From the NCBI RefSeq assembly GCF_009914755.1, contig NC_060939.1: a stretch of 64,000 nt of DNA, one strand, 5' to 3'. Made by a program: the position numbers and the translations under genes. Shown piece by piece: positions 55,101 to 64,000 of the stretch. The notes below the pieces were generated by a model that made no database searches, was not told the origin of the DNA, and saw only the letters and a program-made list of their open reading frames with translations. The first letter of the stretch is position 1, and the number at the start of each line of letters is the position of its first letter. The stretch comes from the human T2T-CHM13v2.0 reference genome, Homo sapiens.

Positions 55101-58100
55101 TGAGATGAATGTACGTATGACAGAGAAGTTTCTCAGAATGCTTCTGTGTAGTTTTTATGCGAAGATATTCGACTTTCCACAGTACGCCTCAAAGTTCTCC
55201 AATTATCCACTCGTAGATCCTGCAAAAAGAGAGATTCAAAACTGCTCAATCAAAAGATAGTTTCTACTCCATTAGCTGAAAGACCACATCACAAAAAAAG
55301 TTTCTCAGGATGCTTCTGTGTAGTTTTTATGTGAAGATATTTGGTTTTCCACAGTAGGCCTCAAAGCGCTCCAAATATCCACTCACAGATTCTGCAAAAA
55401 GAGAGATTCAAAACTGCTGAATCAAAAGACAGTTTCAACTCTGTGACTTCAGTGCACACCTCACAAGGATGTTTCTCAGAATGCTTCTGTGTAGTTTTTA
55501 TATAAAGATATCTCCTTCTCCAAAATGGATCTCAAAGTTCTCCAAATATTCACTTCCAGATTCTATGGAAAGATTGTCTCAAAACTGCTCAATCAAACCA
55601 AAGGTTCAACTCTGTGAGATGAATGCCCACATCACAAAGAAGTTTCTCAGAGTACTTCTGTGTAGTTTCTATTTGAGGATAGTTCCTTTTCCACCACAGA
55701 CCAGAAAGGGCTCCAAATATCCATTGCAGATGGTACAAAAAGTGAGATTCAAAACTGCTCAATCCAAAGGTAGTTTCAACCATGTGATATGAATGCACAC
55801 AGCACAGAGAATTTTCTCAAAATGCGTCTGTCTAGTTTTTATTTGAAGATATTTCCTTTTCTACCATAGGCCACAAACGTCTCCAAATATCCACATGCAG
55901 CTTCTACAAAAAGAGAGATTCAAAACTTCTCAATCAAAAGATAGGTTCAACTCTGTGAGTTGAAAGCACACCTCACAGAGAAGTTTCTCAGAGTGCTTCT
56001 GTGTGTTTTTATGTGAAGATATTTCCTTTTCCACAATAGGCCTCAAAGCTCTCCAAATATCTGCGAGCAGAGTCTACAAAATGAGAGATTCAAAACTGCT
56101 CAATGAAAAGATAGGTTCAACTCTGTGAGTTGAAAGCACACCTCCAAAGAAGTTTCTCAGAATGCTTCCGTGTAGTTTTTATGTGAAGATATTTACTTTT
56201 CCACAGTTGTCCCAAAGCTCTAAAATGTCCACTTGCAGACCCTCCAAAAGAGTGTTTCAGAATTGCTCAATCAAAGGGAAGGTTCAATTCTGTGTGACCA
56301 ATGCACTCATCACAAAGAAGTTTGTCTGAATGCTTCTGTGTAGAATTGATTTGAAGATAATTCCTTTTCCACCACAGTCCGCAAAGGGCTAAAAATATCC
56401 ACTTGCCGATTCCACAAAAAGAGAGATTCAAAACTGCTCAATCACAAGATAGGTTCAACTTGGTAATTGGAAAGCACACATGACAAACAATTTCTGAGAA
56501 TGTTTCTGTGTAGTTTTTAAGGGAAGATATTTGATTTTCAAATGTAGGCCTCAAATCGCTCCAAATATCCACTTGCATATTGTACAAAAAGAGAGATTCA
56601 AAACTGGTCACTCAAAAGTTGGGTCCAGCTCTGTGAGCTGAATGCACACATCACAAAGATGTTTCTCAGAAGGTTTCTGTATAGTTTTTATATGAAGATA
56701 TTTGCTTTTCCACAATATGCCTCAAATCTCCCCAATTATCCACTTGCAGATTCTAGAAAAAGAGTGTTTCAAAACAGCTCAATCAAAATAAACTTTCAAC
56801 TCTGTGAGATCAATGCACACATCACAAAGAAGTTTCTCAGAATGCTTCTGTGTAGTTTTTTTTGTGAAGATATTTGATTTTCCACAGCAGGCTTCCAAGC
56901 ACTCCAAATATCCACTCGCAGATTCTGCAAAAAGAGAGATTCAAATCTGCTGAATCAAAAGATAGGTTTAACTCTGTGACTTCAATGCACACCTCACAAG
57001 GGTGTTTCTCAGAAAGCTTCTGTGTAGTTTTTATATGAAGATATCTCCTTCTCCAAAGCAGGTCTCAAAGCCCTCCAAATATTCACTTCAAGATTCTACG
57101 GAAAGATTGTCTCAACACTGCTAAATCTAAACAAATGTTCAACTCTGTGTGATGAATGCACTCATCACAGAGTAGTTTCTCTGAATGCCTCTGTGTAGTT
57201 TTTATTTGAAGATATTTGCTTTTCCAGTATAGGGCGAAATAGGGCTCCAAATATTCACTTGCAGATTCTACAAAAGGAGAGATTCCAAACTGCTCAATCA
57301 AAACATAGGTTCAACACTGTGAGTTGAATGCACACATCACAAAGAAGTTTCACAGAGTGCTTCTGGGTAGTTTTTATTTGAGGATATTTCCCTTTCCACA
57401 ATAGGCCTCAAAGCTTTCCAAATATCCACTTGCAGATTCTGCAAAAAGAGAGATACAAAACTGCTCTATCAAAAGATAGATTCGACTCTGTGAGTTGAAT
57501 GCCAACATCGCAAAGAAGTTTCTCAGAATGCTTCTCTGCAGCTTTTTTGTGAGTATGTTTCGTTTTCCACCATAGGGCGAAATGGGGCTCCAAATATCCA
57601 CTTGCATTTCCTACAAAAAGAGAGATTCTAAGCTGCTCAATCAAAACATTGTTTCAACACGGTTAGTTGAATGCACACATCCCAAAGATGTTTTTCAGAG
57701 TGCTTCTGTGTGGTTTTTATGTGAAGATACTTCCTTTTCCACAATAGGCCTCAAATCTCTGTAAATATCCACTTGCAGACTCTACAAAGAGTGTTTCCAA
57801 ACTCCTCAATCATAAGATAGGTTCAACTCCGATAGTTGAATGCACACATCACAAAGAAGTTTCTCGGAAAGCTTCTGTGTAGTTTTTGATGAAGATATCT
57901 TCTTCTCTAAAACAGAACTCCAAGCCCTCCAAATATTCACTTCAAGATTCTACGGAAAGATTGTCTCAAACTGCTAAATCAAAACAAAGGTTCAACTCTG
58001 TGTGATGAATGCATTCATCACAAAGAAGTTTCTCTGAGTGCTTCTGTGCAGTTTTTATTTGAAGATAATTGCTTTTCCAGTATAGGGCGAAATAGGGCTC

Positions 58101-61100
58101 CAAATATTCACTTGCAGATTCTACAGAAAGAGAGATTCCAAACTGCTCAATCAAAACATAGGTTCAACACTGTGAGTTGAATGCATACATCGCAAAGAAG
58201 TTTCACAGAGTACTTCTGGGTGGTTTTTATTTGAAGATATTTCCCTTTCCACAATAGGCCTCAAAGCTTTCCAAATGTCCACTTGCAGATTCCACCAAAA
58301 GAGTGTTTCGAAACTGCTCAATCAAAAGAAAGGTTCTACTCTGTGGGATGAATGCACACATCACAAAGTAGTTTCTCAGAATGCTTCTGTGTAGTTTTTA
58401 TGTGAAGATATTTGTTTTTCCACAGTAGGCCCCAAAGAGCTCCAAATATTCACTTGCAGATTCTACAAAAAGAGTGTTCCAAAACTGCTCAATCATGAAA
58501 TAGGATCAACCCTGTGAGATGAATGTACGTATGACAGAGAAGTTTCTCAGAATGCTTCTGTGTAGTTTTTATGCGAAGATATTCGACTTTCCACAGTACG
58601 CCTCAAAGTTCTCCAATTATCCACTCGTAGATCCTGCAAAAAGAGAGATTCAAAACTGCTCAATCAAAAGATAGTTTCTACTCCATTAGCTGAAAGACCA
58701 CATCACAAAAAAAGTTTCTCAGGATGCTTCTGTGTAGTTTTTATGTGAAGATATTTGGTTTTCCACAGTAGGCCTCAAAGCGCTCCAAATATCCACTCAC
58801 AGATTCTGCAAAAAGAGAGATTCAAAACTGCTGAATCAAAAGACAGTTTCAACTCTGTGACTTCAGTGCACACCTCACAAGGATGTTTCTCAGAATGCTT
58901 CTGTGTAGTTTTTATATAAAGATATCTCCTTCTCCAAAATGGATCTCAAAGTTCTCCAAATATTCACTTCCAGATTCTATGGAAAGATTGTCTCAAAACT
59001 GCTCAATCAAACCAAAGGTTCAACTCTGTGAGATGAATGCCCACATCACAAAGAAGTTTCTCAGAGTACTTCTGTGTAGTTTCTATTTGAGGATAGTTCC
59101 TTTTCCACCACAGACCAGAAAGGGCTCCAAATATCCATTGCAGATGGTACAAAAAGTGAGATTCAAAACTGCTCAATCCAAAGGTAGTTTCAACCATGTG
59201 ATATGAATGCACACAGCACAGAGAATTTTCTCAAAATGCGTCTGTCTAGTTTTTATTTGAAGATATTTCCTTTTCTACCATAGGCCACAAACGTCTCCAA
59301 ATATCCACATGCAGCTTCTACAAAAAGAGAGATTCAAAACTTCTCAATCAAAAGATAGGTTCAACTCTGTGAGTTGAAAGCACACCTCACAGAGAAGTTT
59401 CTCAGAGTGCTTCTGTGTGTTTTTATGTGAAGATATTTCCTTTTCCACAATAGGCCTCAAAGCTCTCCAAATATCTGCGAGCAGAGTCTACAAAATGAGA
59501 GATTCAAAACTGCTCAATGAAAAGATAGGTTCAACTCTGTGAGTTGAAAGCACACCTCCAAAGAAGTTTCTCAGAATGCTTCCGTGTAGTTTTTATGTGA
59601 AGATATTTACTTTTCCACAGTTGTCCCAAAGCTCTAAAATGTCCACTTGCAGACCCTCCAAAAGAGTGTTTCAGAATTGCTCAATCAAAGGGAAGGTTCA
59701 ATTCTGTGTGACCAATGCACTCATCACAAAGAAGTTTGTCTGAATGCTTCTGTGTAGAATTGATTTGAAGATAATTCCTTTTCCACCACAGTCCGCAAAG
59801 GGCTAAAAATATCCACTTGCCGATTCCACAAAAAGAGAGATTCAAAACTGCTCAATCACAAGATAGGTTCAACTTGGTAATTGGAAAGCACACATGACAA
59901 ACAATTTCTGAGAATGTTTCTGTGTAGTTTTTAAGGGAAGATATTTGATTTTCAAATGTAGGCCTCAAATCGCTCCAAATATCCACTTGCATATTGTACA
60001 AAAAGAGAGATTCAAAACTGGTCACTCAAAAGTTGGGTCCAGCTCTGTGAGCTGAATGCACACATCACAAAGATGTTTCTCAGAAGGTTTCTGTATAGTT
60101 TTTATATGAAGATATTTGCTTTTCCACAATATGCCTCAAATCTCCCCAATTATCCACTTGCAGATTCTAGAAAAAGAGTGTTTCAAAACAGCTCAATCAA
60201 AATAAACTTTCAACTCTGTGAGATCAATGCACACATCACAAAGAAGTTTCTCAGAATGCTTCTGTGTAGTTTTTTTTGTGAAGATATTTGATTTTCCACA
60301 GCAGGCTTCCAAGCACTCCAAATATCCACTCGCAGATTCTGCAAAAAGAGAGATTCAAATCTGCTGAATCAAAAGATAGGTTTAACTCTGTGACTTCAAT
60401 GCACACCTCACAAGGGTGTTTCTCAGAAAGCTTCTGTGTAGTTTTTATATGAAGATATCTCCTTCTCCAAAGCAGGTCTCAAAGCCCTCCAAATATTCAC
60501 TTCAAGATTCTACGGAAAGATTGTCTCAACACTGCTAAATCTAAACAAATGTTCAACTCTGTGTGATGAATGCACTCATCACAGAGTAGTTTCTCTGAAT
60601 GCCTCTGTGTAGTTTTTATTTGAAGATATTTGCTTTTCCAGTATAGGGCGAAATAGGGCTCCAAATATTCACTTGCAGATTCTACAAAAGGAGAGATTCC
60701 AAACTGCTCAATCAAAACATAGGTTCAACACTGTGAGTTGAATGCACACATCACAAAGAAGTTTCACAGAGTGCTTCTGGGTAGTTTTTATTTGAGGATA
60801 TTTCCCTTTCCACAATAGGCCTCAAAGCTTTCCAAATATCCACTTGCAGATTCTGCAAAAAGAGAGATACAAAACTGCTCTATCAAAAGATAGATTCGAC
60901 TCTGTGAGTTGAATGCCAACATCGCAAAGAAGTTTCTCAGAATGCTTCTCTGCAGCTTTTTTGTGAGTATGTTTCGTTTTCCACCATAGGGCGAAATGGG
61001 GCTCCAAATATCCACTTGCATTTCCTACAAAAAGAGAGATTCTAAGCTGCTCAATCAAAACATTGTTTCAACACGGTTAGTTGAATGCACACATCCCAAA

Positions 61101-61457
61101 GATGTTTTTCAGAGTGCTTCTGTGTGGTTTTTATGTGAAGATACTTCCTTTTCCACAATAGGCCTCAAATCTCTGTAAATATCCACTTGCAGACTCTACA
61201 AAGAGTGTTTCCAAACTCCTCAATCATAAGATAGGTTCAACTCCGATAGTTGAATGCACACATCACAAAGAAGTTTCTCGGAAAGCTTCTGTGTAGTTTT
61301 TGATGAAGATATCTTCTTCTCTAAAACAGAACTCCAAGCCCTCCAAATATTCACTTCAAGATTCTACGGAAAGATTGTCTCAAACTGCTAAATCAAAACA
61401 AAGGTTCAACTCTGTGTGATGAATGCATTCATCACAAAGAAGTTTCTCTGAGTGCTT

Positions 61458-64000
61458 CTGTGCAGTTTTTATTTGAAGATAATTGCTTTTCCAGTATAGG
61501 GCGAAATAGGGCTCCAAATATTCACTTGCAGATTCTACAGAAAGAGAGATTCCAAACTGCTCAATCAAAACATAGGTTCAACACTGTGAGTTGAATGCAT
61601 ACATCGCAAAGAAGTTTCACAGAGTACTTCTGGGTGGTTTTTATTTGAAGATATTTCCCTTTCCACAATAGGCCTCAAAGCTTTCCAAATGTCCACTTGC
61701 AGATTCCACCAAAAGAGTGTTTCGAAACTGCTCAATCAAAAGAAAGGTTCTACTCTGTGGGATGAATGCACACATCACAAAGTAGTTTCTCAGAATGCTT
61801 CTGTGTAGTTTTTATGTGAAGATATTTGTTTTTCCACAGTAGGCCCCAAAGAGCTCCAAATATTCACTTGCAGATTCTACAAAAAGAGTGTTCCAAAACT
61901 GATCCATCATGAAATAGGATCAACCCTGTGAGATGAATGTACGTATGACAGAGAAGTTTCTCAGAATGCTTCTGTGTAGTTTTTATGCGAAGATATTCGA
62001 CTTTCCACAGTACGCCTCAAAGTTCTCCAATTATCCACTCGTAGATCCTGCAAAAAGAGAGATTCAAAACTGCTCAATCAAAAGATAGTTTCTACTCCAT
62101 TAGCTGAAAGACCACATCACAAAAAAAGTTTCTCAGGATGCTTCTGTGTAGTTTTTATGTGAAGATATTTGGTTTTCCACAGTAGGCCTCAAAGCGCTCC
62201 AAATATCCACTCACAGATTCTGCAAAAAGAGAGATTCAAAACTGCTGAATCAAAAGACAGTTTCAACTCTGTGACTTCAGTGCACACCTCACAAGGATGT
62301 TTCTCAGAATGCTTCTGTGTAGTTTTTATATAAAGATATCTCCTTCTCCAAAATGGATCTCAAAGTTCTCCAAATATTCACTTCCAGATTCTATGGAAAG
62401 ATTGTCTCAAAACTGCTCAATCAAACCAAAGGTTCAACTCTGTGAGATGAATGCCCACATCACAAAGAAGTTTCTCAGAGTACTTCTGTGTAGTTTCTAT
62501 TTGAGGATAGTTCCTTTTCCACCACAGACCAGAAAGGGCTCCAAATATCCATTGCAGATGGTACAAAAAGTGAGATTCAAAACTGCTCAATCCAAAGGTA
62601 GTTTCAACCATGTGATATGAATGCACACAGCACAGAGAATTTTCTCAAAATGCGTCTGTCTAGTTTTTATTTGAAGATATTTCCTTTTCTACCATAGGCC
62701 ACAAACGTCTCCAAATATCCACATGCAGCTTCTACAAAAAGAGAGATTCAAAACTTCTCAATCAAAAGATAGGTTCAACTCTGTGAGTTGAAAGCACACC
62801 TCACAGAGAAGTTTCTCAGAGTGCTTCTGTGTGTTTTTATGTGAAGATATTTCCTTTTCCACAATAGGCCTCAAAGCTCTCCAAATATCTGCGAGCAGAG
62901 TCTACAAAATGAGAGATTCAAAACTGCTCAATGAAAAGATAGGTTCAACTCTGTGAGTTGAAAGCACACCTCCAAAGAAGTTTCTCAGAATGCTTCCGTG
63001 TAGTTTTTATGTGAAGATATTTACTTTTCCACAGTTGTCCCAAAGCTCTAAAATGTCCACTTGCAGACCCTCCAAAAGAGTGTTTCAGAATTGCTCAATC
63101 AAAGGGAAGGTTCAATTCTGTGTGACCAATGCACTCATCACAAAGAAGTTTGTCTGAATGCTTCTGTGTAGAATTGATTTGAAGATAATTCCTTTTCCAC
63201 CACAGTCCGCAAAGGGCTAAAAATATCCACTTGCCGATTCCACAAAAAGAGAGATTCAAAACTGCTCAATCACAAGATAGGTTCAACTTGGTAATTGGAA
63301 AGCACACATGACAAACAATTTCTGAGAATGTTTCTGTGTAGTTTTTAAGGGAAGATATTTGATTTTCAAATGTAGGCCTCAAATCGCTCCAAATATCCAC
63401 TTGCATATTGTACAAAAAGAGAGATTCAAAACTGGTCACTCAAAAGTTGGGTCCAGCTCTGTGAGCTGAATGCACACATCACAAAGATGTTTCTCAGAAG
63501 GTTTCTGTATAGTTTTTATATGAAGATATTGGCTTTTCCACAATATGCCTCAAATCTCCCCAATTATCCACTTGCAGATTCTAGAAAAAGAGTGTTTCAA
63601 AACAGCTCAATCAAAATAAACTTTCAACTCTGTGAGATCAATGCACACATCACAAAGAAGTTTCTCAGAATGCTTCTGTGTAGTTTTTTTTGTGAAGATA
63701 TTTGATTTTCCACAGCAGGCTTCCAAGCACTCCAAATATCCACTCGCAGATTCTGCAAAAAGAGAGATTCAAATCTGCTGAATCAAAAGATAGGTTTAAC
63801 TCTGTGACTTCAATGCACACCTCACAAGGGTGTTTCTCAGAAAGCTTCTGTGTAGTTTTTATATGAAGATATCTCCTTCTCCAAAGCAGGTCTCAAAGCC
63901 CTCCAAATATTCACTTCAAGATTCTACGGAAAGATTGTCTCAACACTGCTAAATCTAAACAAATGTTCAACTCTGTGTGATGAATGCACTCATCACAGAG
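61458..64000 (-). repeat. HOR copy 19, truncated by the window end (~15 of 20 monomers)
   Basis: Colinear with the other copies up to the last base, ending within monomer M15. Confidence 0.93.

Larger units (their letters stand above)
1..64000 (-). repeat. Alpha-satellite (alphoid) array, 20-mer HOR of 3,414 bp, ~18.7 tandem copies, open at both window ends
   Basis: The + strand repeats aaagaagtttctcagaatgcttctgtgtagtttttatgtgaagatatt...ccaaatatccacttgcagattctacaaaaagag...ggttcaactctgtgagttgaatgcacacatcac every ~171 bp. This is the reverse complement of the primate alphoid consensus (CATTCTGAGAAACTTCTTTGTGATGTGTGCATTCAACTCACAGAGTTGAACC). Near-identical ORFs recur every 3,414 bp. With an arbitrary phase at the window start (ctgtgcagtt), copies begin at 1, 3418, 6832, 10246, 13663, 17077, 20491, 23905, 27319, 30733, 34146, 37560, 40974, 44388, 47802, 51216, 54630, 58044 and 61458. 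Confidence 0.99.

Noticed and set aside
4247-61902. Singleton SNVs at 4247, 24272, 29592, 34781, 41618, 45238 and 61902
   Set aside because: These are isolated private changes, useful only as mapping markers. They cannot be told apart from consensus errors without reads.
840-63705. Eight short ORFs (60-107 aa) repeated in every HOR copy on both strands
   Set aside because: They are translations of alphoid monomers with a ~57-codon internal echo, overlap on opposite strands and show no recognisable domains or gene structure. Their conservation only reflects HOR identity.
1-64000. CRISPR-like or other repeat-spacer array
   Set aside because: There are no unique spacers. Whole 171-bp units are homologous and the entire 3.4-kb block repeats. 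No cas or other genes are present.
1-64000. Hidden L1/Alu insertion, inversion or monomer-deletion HOR variant
   Set aside because: ORF spacing is always 3,413-3,417 bp with constant strand, leaving no room for such events.
1-64000. Synthetic or model-generated array (e.g. a GRCh38 centromere model)
   Set aside because: Not fully excluded, but positionally clustered and nested SNV runs (copies 5-6, 10-12, 14-19) fit a real linear assembly better than monomer-level stochastic modelling.

Overview
The whole 64 kb window is one uninterrupted primate alpha-satellite array. It is built from ~171-bp monomers arranged as a 20-monomer higher-order repeat (HOR) of 3,414 bp, present as 18 full copies plus a partial 19th. 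All copies lie in one orientation, reverse-complement to the conventional alphoid consensus. By eye, copies differ by only 0-5 variants per 3.4 kb. Every monomer has an A-type (pJalpha-like) box and I found no CENP-B box. I see no genes, transposon insertions, inversions or monomer-deletion HOR variants, and all ORFs in the track are chance frames repeated once per HOR. I found no evidence of a new gene-encoded system. The real signals concern repeat evolution: internal duplications inside the 20-mer, a three-SNV consensus-state tract in copy 7, a nested staircase of SNVs in copies 14-19, and four-gamete SNV patterns that point to recombination or gene conversion. Variants were read by eye, so some may have been missed.
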